Shown one piece after another: positions 19,576 to 28,583 of a stretch of 64,000 bases of DNA. The notes beneath the pieces are model-generated. The model was not told the DNA's origin and did not search any database. It saw nothing but the letters and a program-made list of their open reading frames with translations. Each line of letters starts with the position of its first letter. Within the stretch, counting starts at the first letter, position 1. The position numbers were made by a program, and so were the translations under genes. Origin of the DNA: an uncultured Nitrososphaerota archaeon (GTDB lineage: Archaea; Thermoproteota; Nitrososphaeria; Nitrososphaerales; Gagatemarchaeaceae); contig CAWISW010000003.1 in the NCBI GenBank assembly GCA_963838925.1, positions 448,001-512,000 of the forward strand. The letters run 5' to 3'.

Positions 19576-20289
19576 TCACTGCGAAGCGATAAGAGGGAGT
19601 ATCTCGTTCCTTACGTACCTCTTGAAGTCGGGGAGCTCGGTCCGGCTGAAGACCGTCACCACACAGTTCCTCGTCACCCCGACGACGTAGCCATACTTCT
19701 GCGACTTCACCACCGCGTACCAGATCTTGCCGTGCGTGAGATAGTCGTTGTAGAGGTTCGTAGTTCCCAGCCCTTCCCCGTAGAGGGAGAGCTTGGAGAT
19801 GTTCGGGAGGTCGATGTCGTCGAAGAAGAGGATCTTCGTCATCTCGAAGTTCTCCTCGTGGAACCTCTTCAGGGTTTCCGGAGCGATCCTTCCCTCGACG
19901 ATCTGGCCGAGGCTCATGAAGAGGGCCTTGCTCATCTCGTTGGCGATGTTGTTCGCCCTGCTCTTCTTGTCGAAGACGCTGAGAAAGAGGTTCTTCCCGA
20001 AGAGGTCGAACGAGAACGGCGCTTCGTAAGTCCTGACCATGGGCACGGACTTGCCGTGCTGGTTTACCTGGAACACGGTGTCGAAGGAGAACGTCCCCTC
20101 GAGGCCCTCCTTGGAGATGTCCAGGTCGGTGATCTCGGAGAGGAGGTTGAAGCTGTCGCCTTCGATCCTGACCTCCTGCTCGAGCTTGAAGTCCTTCAGC
20201 TTCGATGCGACGAGCGGGAGGTTCCGCTCCTCCTTCACGACAAAGACCTTCGCTGCGAGGACCAAGACGGAGGGAGGCCCTTCGAGCAT
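19576..20289 (-). CDS. Hypothetical protein divergent from the SMC-like gene
   Basis: Long ORF with strong host codon bias; no motif recognised. Confidence 0.7.
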   Translation of the reverse strand: MLEGPPSVLVLAAKVFVVKEERNLPLVASKLKDFKLEQEVRIEGDSFNLLSEITDLDISKEGLEGTFSFDTVFQVNQHGKSVPMVRTYEAPFSFDLFGKNLFLSVFDKKSRANNIANEMSKALFMSLGQIVEGRIAPETLKRFHEENFEMTKILFFDDIDLPNISKLSLYGEGLGTTNLYNDYLTHGKIWYAVVKSQKYGYVVGVTRNCVVTVFSRTELPDFKRYVRNEILPLIASQ

Positions 20290-20402
20290 GTTCAAAAGGT
20301 AATCGCAGGAAGTCCTCGACGCGCCCGAATTACCGCGGTTTTTCGGCCGTTTTCATACCACAGGCCTAAAATACCATCGGGCTTTGGGAAGTTTAGCGTA
20401 CC

Positions 20403-22433
20403 TTGTCCGGACCTTTTGAAGAGCTGTCGACTGAGCAAGAGAAGGCGTTTTCCCCGCCCATCAAGGAGATAATCCTCGAGAACTTCATGAGCTACGAGTA
20501 CGCCCGGATCCCGCTCAACCAGGGCCTCAACCTCATCGTCGGTCCCAACGGGGCGGGCAAGTCGTCCATCCTGCTCGCCATATCCGTGGCCTTCGGGCAG
20601 GCCTACACCGAGCGCTCGAGGAAGCTGAGCGACCTCATCAGGAGGGGCAAGGACATCGCAAGGGTCTCCCTAATCTTCGACAACCGGGTCAGGGAAGGGA
20701 AGAGGCCCATCCCATACTCAAAGGCCGACACCTTCATGCTCTCCCGCTACCTTCGGAAGGACGGCTCCTACTGGTACGAGGCCGACTACAAGGAGATAGA
20801 CAAGAGCGAGGTCGTGAGGCTCCTTCGCGAGTTCGGGATAAACCCCGACAACCTACTGATCATCATGCACCAGGGGATGATCGAGGAGCTGGGCGCGATC
20901 TCGCAGGAGCAGCGGCTCGTCATGGTGGAGGAGGCGGTGGGCTTCCGCGAGTACAGGGAGAGGATCCTCGCCGCGGAGGCGGACCTCAACAGCATGGTGA
21001 GCGAGGAGGGCTCGCTCGTCCAGCTCATCGACAACGCCAACCAGACGATAGAGTACTGGAAGCAGATCTACGACAGGTACCTTGAGAAGAAGAGGCTCGA
21101 GGAGCACAGGACCCTCCTCGAGAGGGAGCTGCTCTGGGCGCAGGAGGGGAAGCTCTCCCGTTCGCTTTCCTCGATGGCAGAGAGGCTGGAGGCAAAGCGC
21201 GAGTCGCTCGCCGACCTGAGGGAGCAGCAGAAGAAGGCCGGGGGCGAGGCGGAGGGGCACCGCAAGGCCCTGGGCGAGAGGCAGGTCGAGGTCAGGAAGC
21301 TCTACGGGGCTCTCATCAGGGCAGAGAGGGACCGCTCCGGACGCGAGTCCGCCCGCGAGGCGATGAAGGGGCTCCACGACGAGCTCGAGACGCTAACGAA
21401 GGACCTCGAGGAACTGGTGGGCAGCCCCAACGCGCTGGACTCGCGCAGGTCGAAGCGCATCAAGGAGTTCATCGAGTTCGCATCGAAGAAGTCTGGCAGC
21501 GACTCCGAGGAGGCCGGACGCAAGAAGACCGAGCTCGACAGGGAGGTCTCGTCTCTGCAGGCGGAAGTGAGCGGCGTCGAGGACGCGATAAGGAAGGTCA
21601 CCGACGATTACATCGCCCAGCGCGTGAGGTTCGAGGTCCTCGAGTACAGGACCAAGGTCACCGAGTCCGAGATCAGGGAGCTGGAGAGGTCGGAGAGGGA
21701 GGTCAGGGGAGAGCTCGACGCCATGAAGCCCGACCTGGAGAGGGCGGGCGAGAGGATAGTGACGCAGCGCGCGCCCTACGAGGTCTCCGAGGAGCTGAAG
21801 CTCGTCTCGGCCCAGCTGCAGAAGCTTCAGGACCTCCCCGACGACGCCGAGAAGATCTACAGGGACTACACGGGGAACCTCGAGGGCCTGAAGGGCAAGC
21901 TCGAGGAGCTCCAAGGCAACAAGAAGCTGATGCTGCTAGAGCTCGAGGAGAGGAAGAAGGCGTGGAAGAACGCCGTCCAGAGCCTCATCGACGAGGTCGC
22001 GCCCATCTACAAGCAGGTTCTCTCGACGGTCGGGGCGACGGGCGCCATCAGGCTGGACGAGGGAGGCTCCGTCGCCGAGGCCGGGCTTCAGCTCCTCGTC
22101 GGCTTCAAGGGCGCTGAGCCGGCGATCCTCGACCCTTACACGCAGAGCGGAGGCGAGAGGTCGGTCGCGCTGGTCGCGTTCATGTTGTCGCTCCAGAGCA
22201 GGATCATCTCTCCGCTGAGGGCCATGGACGAGTTCGACATCCACATGGACCCGCGCAACAGGGAGGCGATCTTCAAGATGATCCTCGCTCAGGGGAAGAG
22301 GAACCCCAACTCGCAGCACATCGTCATCACGCCGTCGATAATCTCCGTGGCGGACAGGACCGCCCACGTGATCACTGTCCAGTCTGTCCACGGCTCGTCC
22401 CAGGTGAAGGAGTATTCCGGCAGCAGAAGATAG
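20403..22433 (+). CDS. Short SMC-family ATPase with SMC5/6-like head (ClsN/Sph-like, no obvious hinge)
   Basis: LENFMSY, GPNGAGKSS, Q-loop MHQG, coiled coil, QSGGERSV, SPLRAMDEFDIHMDPRNR; 676 aa. Confidence 0.88.
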   Translation: MSGPFEELSTEQEKAFSPPIKEIILENFMSYEYARIPLNQGLNLIVGPNGAGKSSILLAISVAFGQAYTERSRKLSDLIRRGKDIARVSLIFDNRVREGKRPIPYSKADTFMLSRYLRKDGSYWYEADYKEIDKSEVVRLLREFGINPDNLLIIMHQGMIEELGAISQEQRLVMVEEAVGFREYRERILAAEADLNSMVSEEGSLVQLIDNANQTIEYWKQIYDRYLEKKRLEEHRTLLERELLWAQEGKLSRSLSSMAERLEAKRESLADLREQQKKAGGEAEGHRKALGERQVEVRKLYGALIRAERDRSGRESAREAMKGLHDELETLTKDLEELVGSPNALDSRRSKRIKEFIEFASKKSGSDSEEAGRKKTELDREVSSLQAEVSGVEDAIRKVTDDYIAQRVRFEVLEYRTKVTESEIRELERSEREVRGELDAMKPDLERAGERIVTQRAPYEVSEELKLVSAQLQKLQDLPDDAEKIYRDYTGNLEGLKGKLEELQGNKKLMLLELEERKKAWKNAVQSLIDEVAPIYKQVLSTVGATGAIRLDEGGSVAEAGLQLLVGFKGAEPAILDPYTQSGGERSVALVAFMLSLQSRIISPLRAMDEFDIHMDPRNREAIFKMILAQGKRNPNSQHIVITPSIISVADRTAHVITVQSVHGSSQVKEYSGSRR

Positions 22434-22458
22434 GGCTCGCGACAAGAAGCTCGAGGAC
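22414..22458 (+). pseudogene. Displaced native 5' stub of the kleisin gene (IPAAEDRARDKKLED)
   Basis: GCGACAAGAAGCTCGAGGAC versus GCGACAAGAAACTTGAAGAT in the intact gene (27188-27207), differing only at third positions; overlaps the smc stop; GGTGA upstream of an ATT. Confidence 0.55.
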
Positions 22459-22566
22459 GGGCTCTCCCGTGGAACCCTGAGGCGCGGCGGGAACCACGCC
22501 GGCTGCGGATGCGCCGTCGGCGAGCAGGGCGAGAGAGTCCACATCCAGCCGATTTCCGGAGCCTAG
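22441..22566 (+). pseudogene. tes: 3'-terminal fragment of tetraether lipid synthase (radical SAM)
   Basis: KKLEDGLSRGTLRRGGNHAGCGCAVGEQGERVHIQPISGA*, near-identical to 41402-41512. Confidence 0.7.
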
Positions 22567-22689
22567 ACAGGAAAGAACGAACCTCGCCGAGGGACTTTCC
22601 GTTGGCCAGGCTAGGGTCAAGGCAATCTTTGGGCGTCTAGGCGGAAGAATCGGAATCTTATTTCAGCGAAGTAGCAAGAATGAGCGAAT

Positions 22690-23123
22690 TTGCCGAATTA
22701 GTTAGATAAGGCGTAAATAATCGCGACGATGTTAATGCGAATAGGGCGATATGACTATTGGCAACTTGGTGCCAATGACGTCTGCTTACTCAGGATGGGG
22801 CGCGGTTGGTCGAGACCAAAAGAGCGGAGGAAAGCGAAGGTCGCATATCGAGGTCGAAGCCGCGATTCTCAGAGCGCTCGTTTCCGAGTATCTCACGATA
22901 AACCAGCTCGCGATCCGTGTGAACCTGAACAGAGTCCTTGCTAAGAACTATGTCAAGGAACTGTCTCAGAAAGGGCGGGTCGAAAGCAAGAAGACAAAAG
23001 GGCTCGCTAGGTACTCGGCCTCTCAGAACGGAGTCGCATGGTTGAAGCGCTTCGAGACCTTGGCAAGTAATCCGAGATACGGATTATAGATACCGGATGA
23101 TAGTTTCTGCCTGCCTTAACTAG
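22690..23123 (+). repeat. Approx. 430-bp module (promoter + wHTH gene + trailer), copy 1
   Basis: Aligns with 37558-37990 from ATTAGTTAGATAAGGC to TACCGGATGATAGTTTCTGCCTGC.TTAACTAG. Confidence 0.9.
22751..23089 (+). CDS. Archaeal winged-helix transcription regulator
   Basis: KRRSHIEV..AILRAL..LTINQLAIRVNLN..AK.YVKEL..KG..Y..SQNG..WL; paralogue at 37618. Confidence 0.8.
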   Translation: MTIGNLVPMTSAYSGWGAVGRDQKSGGKRRSHIEVEAAILRALVSEYLTINQLAIRVNLNRVLAKNYVKELSQKGRVESKKTKGLARYSASQNGVAWLKRFETLASNPRYGL

Positions 23124-23146
23124 TTGACAATTGCCTTTAAGCGCCA

Positions 23147-24481
23147 ATGATGCCAATTGCGCACTCGACGCGGTCGATAATCTTCCTAAGATCCTCAAAA
23201 ACAAAGAAAAGCTCGGTCTCGGCGCATGCGATGAGAACTGCGTTAACGATATCGGTATTGCTTTTGCTGGTCGCGGCTCGAACTCAACCAATTGGCGCAA
23301 CAACTTCGACGAGCTCCCACACACCAACTTCGAGATATGATGCAACTCGGGCGGCAAGCTCTATGGTTGCCGCGGAATCCTCAAACGTCTACGTCGGTAG
23401 CTACTCTGCGATTTCAGGTCTGAGTGTGCAATCTGGCGGGGCTCCGCTCTTCTGCGGCCCTATTTTTGTGTCAAGTTCAACTATTCTCAACCTGACCACG
23501 ACAAAGGAACCCGACACAGTGACATCTAACTCTAAGGAATGCTACTACCTCCCCACTTTCTACTATCCAAGTCACAGCGCAGATTCATTTTCGTCAGAGA
23601 GGCAGGCGACTTTCTATGTCGACAATTCGACCATGAAGGTGGCGCTTGTCATGGACACTGCGCGCGAACCTGTTTCATATTGGAAGTGCAGTTACTGCTG
23701 GTCTGGATATGAGGTAAAGTAGACAGCATATGCAGTCGCCTCCTATGTGGACGTCCCCTATGTATCCGACTCTTCTTCAAATGGATTTGTGGGCACTGTT
23801 AACAGCACACAATGCTGCATAGTTTCCACATGGGTCGGTGAGGGTGATGCGCAGGGCGCATCGGACAACAATTGGTCGCAAGACGGCTATGTCATCAACG
23901 ATGCCGGTGCATGGAGTCACTACGGCTATACCTACGGATTCTGGTATGCCTTCTTCCATGTAGGTGGAATCTCAACCGACAATGTCTTCGATCAATATTC
24001 AATGGATTCGTGTGTCAACGCAGGCGACAACGTCGAGAGCTACCTGGAGAAGGATGTTAGTGGCCTAAACTACCTCTATTGGGCAGAGATTGACGACCTG
24101 TCGAGTTCGAGTTGCAGCTTGACGACCGGCAACTACAACATGGACCTCAACTATGATTGGTCCTATGTGGAGTCCGAGGCCCCCAGCTACCACACGGACT
24201 CGGGAACGCCACCTCAACCGCAAACGGCGCAATGGCCATATTTCAATAACTACGCCCAAGCCTCTGCTTCGATGGGCATCTCCGCGGACGCATACGACTC
24301 AAGCTACACCGCGTATGGCTTCGACTCATCGACCGTAACAAACTATGGTAGCAACCCCACGCAAGGCGATTCCGCGTACACGCCTTGCGACAGTGATGAC
24401 AACTCTTATCCTAGCTCTTGGGCCTCGTCAACCACATTCTATGCCATGTATGGAGACAGTGAGTACGAAACGACGTGCTAG
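23147..24481 (+). pseudogene. Secreted G1-like glutamic peptidase interrupted by one in-frame TAG (23720-23722)
   Basis: ORFs 23147-23722 and 23747-24481 share a frame. Readthrough gives WSGYEVK*TAYAVASYVDVP..STWVG..SQDG..FWY..VNAGD..ESEAP; signal peptide from ATG 23231. Confidence 0.6.
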
Positions 24482-24530
24482 GAGTGACCACTGAACAAAG
24501 CATCCATATGGATCTCGATTAAAAATCGCC

Positions 24531-24947
24531 TTAAGCAGGAGTTTCTTGAAAGGCCGAAATCGTTTGGTAAAGAAATATTACGAACCCTATGAAGATTACG
24601 ATTAAGGGAAATATGTAGTAAGAGATTGCCGGGACCGGCGGTCGAAGGATCGTAAGCAGGAAGACGAGCGCGGCTCCGAAAAACGCGGAAAAAGTGCCGG
24701 ACAATGGAATGACCATTCGCCGGAATCGTATCATGTTCTCGAAAACCAAACGGTCCGCCACGTAACCATCACGTGTCTCCTGAATCAGGCCAAACCGTAA
24801 GAGCTTTTGAACGTGATATTCCGCAACAGATGGTGAGCTGAGTCCGAGGTTTCGATGAATGTCGGAAAGACGAATCGGACCACGTCTGTAAACATGGCGA
24901 TAGACCTTGAGAGTAGTTCCCGAAATAGCATCGTTTGCCGTGGGCAA
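24531..24947 (-). CDS. wHTH regulator with two C-terminal TM helices
   Basis: GTTLKVY..LGLSSPSVAEYHVQKL..GLI; paralogue of 60227-60679. Confidence 0.8.
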   Translation of the reverse strand: MPTANDAISGTTLKVYRHVYRRGPIRLSDIHRNLGLSSPSVAEYHVQKLLRFGLIQETRDGYVADRLVFENMIRFRRMVIPLSGTFSAFFGAALVFLLTILRPPVPAISYYIFPLIVIFIGFVIFLYQTISAFQETPA

Positions 24948-25095
24948 TCATCGGGTTAATTGTCGACGCGGGTATTTTGCCTTTCGAAGAGGCGCTCGAA
25001 GTCCTCTGAAGAGAAGGAATACATAACACGTTTGAATTATTCGCGGAGAGGATTTCTAAACCATAGCAATATACTCGTCCGCGAACGTTTCTAAA

Positions 25096-25773
25096 GTGAT
25101 GTCAGAATATCGACGACAACTCCTCACTGGGGTAGTCCTAGCAATACTACTCTCGGCACTTTTTGCGTTCGAATTGGAGTCGTACTTCTCACCTGCTAAG
25201 AGTAACGAACCCTCCCTAGCCAAATCCAGTTCCATAGATACAGATTTGGGACTCAATTTCACTTTGACCGCTAAACCTTCAAGTCTTCAAGAGGGAGATA
25301 ACGTGACGATTGGGGTGTATCTCTTCAACATACTTCCTTCGACTAACAACCTTACTTCTCCGACTTCAAATCTTTATTCGCTGGGGCCGTGTCCCACGAC
25401 TCTTCCGTTTTGGTTCGAAGTTATTCAGGGAAACTATGAGGCCGATAACATGTCTCAAGGGCAGCCGCTCGCATTGTGGCAGGCATACCCTTACTGCGCA
25501 AATAGCATTCCTGTCCAGAACTACTCGTTTGAAGTGCGCAGCGATAATGTAACTGTCGCACTTGCTACCACAACTCTTGGTGAGAAGCAAGTCATTTTTT
25601 CCGAATCTGCTTCCTACATCGACAGCTATTTTGGATCATGGGGAGTGCTGACCCATCCCGACTCGCGTTTCGCGTTGTTCCAACCTGGAGAGTACACGGT
25701 AGCGGCGGGAGACTCTTGGGGGCAAGAAGACATACTACATTTCCGAGTTGTGGCTACACGAACAAGCCCGTAG
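25096..25773 (+). CDS. Membrane-anchored extracellular protein
   Basis: N-terminal TM, Ig-like beta pattern, many N-x-S/T sequons, FQPGEYTVAAGDSWGQ. Confidence 0.7.
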   Translation: MMSEYRRQLLTGVVLAILLSALFAFELESYFSPAKSNEPSLAKSSSIDTDLGLNFTLTAKPSSLQEGDNVTIGVYLFNILPSTNNLTSPTSNLYSLGPCPTTLPFWFEVIQGNYEADNMSQGQPLALWQAYPYCANSIPVQNYSFEVRSDNVTVALATTTLGEKQVIFSESASYIDSYFGSWGVLTHPDSRFALFQPGEYTVAAGDSWGQEDILHFRVVATRTSP

Positions 25774-25898
25774 CCTCACCTCAGCATCGCACTCTTCTGC
25801 TTGTTCAAGGTAATACACGAGTGGCACCGCGACAAGATTCACCAAAAGTGCGGCTCCCGATTGAGGTGTAGATAGCTAAGAACGACAAGAAGCTCGAA
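25774..25898 (+). pseudogene. tes: Degraded tes fragment
   Basis: PHLSIALFCLFKVIHEWHRDKIHQKCG(frameshift)PIEV*IAKNDKKLE aligns with PDLRIIPFCSFNVIPEWYRDKIQQKYGLPIEAWEAKNGKKLE at 41288-41413. Confidence 0.7.
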
Positions 25899-25961
25899 AG
25901 GCAATTGCCTCGAACTAAGCTGAGGGTGGGTGCAGATATCCTAGCGCAATCTTGATTTGTA

Positions 25962-27059
25962 GTGCAATCCAAGCTGAAATGCGAGTCTCACCTCTCAACT
26001 AGTCGGAATGAAGGTGTGACCAATCTCGACCAATTTGTCGTCTATGAAACCAAGGGAGGTCCTTCTCATTACCTCCGCCTACGTGAACGCCTTTACAACT
26101 TTGGAAGAGAAGACATCATTGAGGCTCGAGTAGCAAGAACTTCAGCGCCAGAGAAAGAACTCCGTCTTTACACAAGTGCAAGCTACGCAGATCCCCACCT
26201 CAACGTCTCTCATCTGAATCCAGCTCCGCGCGAGTCATTCCGAATATTGTCTCTCAGGAAATTTGGCGTACCGCATTTTGTAGCGAACTTCAACCAGCAC
26301 AAGCCGAAAGCCTTTCGAAATATCACGCTCTCCTATTCCGATGGCATAGTCAACATGAAAGTCGAGAATTTGGTCGCAGTGATCAAGAATCCCAAGCTCA
26401 GCGCTCGCGGGCAAGGACCTATTCTTGAAGGAAGCATAATAGAAGGCACAAGACGCGGGAACATCCGAATCGCCCAAGAATCCGAATCTTTCAGTCTGCA
26501 CTTCGGGGACTATTCGACCAACCATCCCCGGATAGTTCACATGAAGGCTATCGAGTCTTACATCGAGGTCGGATACGTGCAGAGTTCGCACGAGTCTGAC
26601 TATCGCACGAGACGCGTTCCTGCTGTTTCCATCGGGCCCGCGAAAGGCAAATCCGAGGACGAAGTGAAGAACAGATTCACCGAGATAGACAGCAGCAACA
26701 TGACAAAGAAGGAGATAAGGGCTTGGATTGACACTGAAGGTAACATCTACTCGAGGGGTATGGACGGTAAATCTGGCCCTCAACTGGCTGTCACTCAGAA
26801 GCACAGGGAACCGTTGGATGTCTTTGCAAGGAGCGTTGTAGGGTTGGGAGTGAGGTGCAAAGTCTCGCGGGATGGGCATGCGTGTTACGTAGCCAAAATT
26901 ACCGACACCGAAGGAGTTGCCAAGATAATCAAAGAGGTTGGGCCGTTTCGAACTCCTCAGAAATGTGAACAGGTACGTCAGTTCGAGAAGATGTTGAAAA
27001 GAGAGAGAAAGGAAAGGAGACGAGTGATAGAAAGATCGAAGGCACTGTTGGACCTGTAG
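25962..27059 (+). CDS. Free-standing LAGLIDADG endonuclease with uncharacterised N-terminal domain
   Basis: EIRAWIDTEGNI..PQLAVTQK.REPL..F..LGV..YVAKIT..KII..V.PF..K is a single-motif LAGLIDADG pattern. Confidence 0.75.
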   Translation: MQSKLKCESHLSTSRNEGVTNLDQFVVYETKGGPSHYLRLRERLYNFGREDIIEARVARTSAPEKELRLYTSASYADPHLNVSHLNPAPRESFRILSLRKFGVPHFVANFNQHKPKAFRNITLSYSDGIVNMKVENLVAVIKNPKLSARGQGPILEGSIIEGTRRGNIRIAQESESFSLHFGDYSTNHPRIVHMKAIESYIEVGYVQSSHESDYRTRRVPAVSIGPAKGKSEDEVKNRFTEIDSSNMTKKEIRAWIDTEGNIYSRGMDGKSGPQLAVTQKHREPLDVFARSVVGLGVRCKVSRDGHACYVAKITDTEGVAKIIKEVGPFRTPQKCEQVRQFEKMLKRERKERRRVIERSKALLDL

Positions 27060-27091
27060 AGTTCTCCGTGGGCATTATCTTCGTGCCAAGC

Positions 27092-27099
27092 TTATAATA
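27092..27099 (+). promoter_or_regulatory. TATA-like box supplied by island A for kleisin-KITE genes
   Basis: TTATAATA about 40 nt upstream of ATG 27139. Confidence 0.45.
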
Positions 27100-27138
27100 C
27101 AAGTCGGTAAGCGCGGCTCATCATTAGGGCGATATGAG

Positions 27139-27933
27139 ATGGCAACTCGGGAGGGAACTCCGAATAGAGAGAGTAGAAAGGACTCAAGCGACAAGAAACT
27201 TGAAGATATATTGCGCTTGATTGAATTATGCCGCAATATCCAGTCGAGCAGCGTTAACCCCTTCGAGGTGGACATCAAGGAGAAGCTCTTGGTCCTAAAG
27301 AGGCACCTGCCCGAGTGGAATGTAATTGACGTGATGCTGAAGGATTCAGAGGCGATGCAACAACTTGTTGCGATAGTAAAGTTACAAGATCTGTACATTA
27401 AACACAGGGCCTCCGCGCTCTACATCGACCCTCTGCTCCTCGAGCTCAAGATAACGCTCATCACCAAGGAGGAGCTCGCGGAGAGCTTCGCAAAGTGCTG
27501 GCACCCCATCGCGCAGCTCGACCAGCTCACCCCGCGCGGCCTCGAGAAGGCCTTCGTCTACTGGCGGGAGCTCGTACCATTCAGCGAGAGGTTCAAGGAA
27601 CAGTTCGGGAACTACGGGGAGCCGACCGGGATGATAGGGCTCGAGGAGCTCGAGTCGTTGAGCATCTTCACGAAGGAGGAGTTCCAGACCAGGATCAACG
27701 CGATCACCAAGGAACTGGTGGAGAGGTGCGACGGCAAGGAGATAGACTACCGCGGTTTCATAAAGGGGAAGGACCCCGAGGAGACGGCCTTGCGGGGATA
27801 TCTCATAGCGTTCGTGGTCACCGAGGGGAGGGCCACGCTGAGGACCGACCCGCTCACCGAGCAGATCTTCATCTCGGTGATCGAAGGGAAGCCGGACGAC
27901 GAGACGAAATCGGTGGCGATCGTAGTCAGATGA
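27139..27933 (+). CDS. Kleisin (ScpA-like) subunit; first 88 codons recoded
   Basis: VNPFEVDI (ScpA DPWDIDI-like N-terminus) and C-terminal winged helix; position between SMC-like and KITE genes. Confidence 0.7.
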   Translation: MATREGTPNRESRKDSSDKKLEDILRLIELCRNIQSSSVNPFEVDIKEKLLVLKRHLPEWNVIDVMLKDSEAMQQLVAIVKLQDLYIKHRASALYIDPLLLELKITLITKEELAESFAKCWHPIAQLDQLTPRGLEKAFVYWRELVPFSERFKEQFGNYGEPTGMIGLEELESLSIFTKEEFQTRINAITKELVERCDGKEIDYRGFIKGKDPEETALRGYLIAFVVTEGRATLRTDPLTEQIFISVIEGKPDDETKSVAIVVR

Positions 27934-28541
27934 GCGACGTAGCGAGCCCGCCCGACGCTGCCAGCCCTCCGCACGAGGCCGCCGCAGAGAGGGCATCGCT
28001 CGACCGCAAGACCAGGAAGGCCTTCCAGGTCTTGATACTCCAGCGCGGAAGAAACCCCGGCGTCAAGGGATGGGAGATGCGAAGGTACCTCGGTAAAGAC
28101 TACAAGAAGATACTAGATGTCCTTTCGAACGACCTGAAGCCCCTCGGCCTCGAGGTCCACCTGGTGCCCGGCCCGGAGGGCACCGACGACTCCACGCGCT
28201 TCCTGCTCAGGTTCAGGGACCCTCCGACTCTGACCGAGGCGGAGACCGCGGGGTTCAGGATCGACGACCTCGCTGTCCTCGCGGCCACCATAGCCCTGGT
28301 CAACTCCAAGCAGGGGAGAATCTCTAGGAAGGAGCTCGAGAGCTTCCTCAAGACAAAGTTCCCGCGCTGGAGGATAGACTACTCGATCGACAGATACATC
28401 AAGCGGGGGTACATCGACCAGGACGACAAGGACCTCGTCCGCATCGGGTGGAGGACGAGGGCAGAGATAGACGAGAGGTCGTTGATGACGCTGATACTCG
28501 CTCAGGGGACACAGTCGAAGGCCGGAAGCGGCAAACAGTAG
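27930..28541 (+). CDS. KITE (ScpB/Nse1/Nse3-like tandem winged-helix) protein
   Basis: ATGA overlap with kleisin; two wH-like halves; YIKRGYI..IGWRTRAEI. Confidence 0.7.
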   Translation: MSDVASPPDAASPPHEAAAERASLDRKTRKAFQVLILQRGRNPGVKGWEMRRYLGKDYKKILDVLSNDLKPLGLEVHLVPGPEGTDDSTRFLLRFRDPPTLTEAETAGFRIDDLAVLAATIALVNSKQGRISRKELESFLKTKFPRWRIDYSIDRYIKRGYIDQDDKDLVRIGWRTRAEIDERSLMTLILAQGTQSKAGSGKQ

Positions 28542-28583
28542 GATTACAGGCACTGCGTCAAGGAAGGATATTGCGTAATCGTC

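Larger units (their letters stand above)
22414..27402. mobile_element. Island A: nuclease-cargo cassette inserted in the 5' end of the kleisin gene
   Basis: Lower GC; splits the smc-kleisin-KITE cluster; native kleisin stub at left, recoded kleisin 5' end at right; LAGLIDADG gene; no integrase or transposase. Confidence 0.72.

Noticed and set aside
23720-23722. Genome-wide amber reassignment (pyrrolysine)
   Set aside because: Many conserved genes end properly at TAG (hisI, trxA, smc-like, leuC, lpdA) and no pyl genes are in the window.
25936-25975. Possible degraded continuation of the kleisin stub (DIL..C.AIQ)
   Set aside because: About 24 of 40 nt with gaps by eye; too weak to support.
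25962-27059. LAGLIDADG gene as intein or rRNA/tRNA intron ORF
   Set aside because: No intein splice motifs, no flanking extein or RNA gene; it is free-standing.
27125-27137. TAGGGCGATATGA shared with 22742-22754
   Set aside because: A single 13-bp match within about 5 kb is not clearly beyond chance, and it is absent from the second wHTH module.
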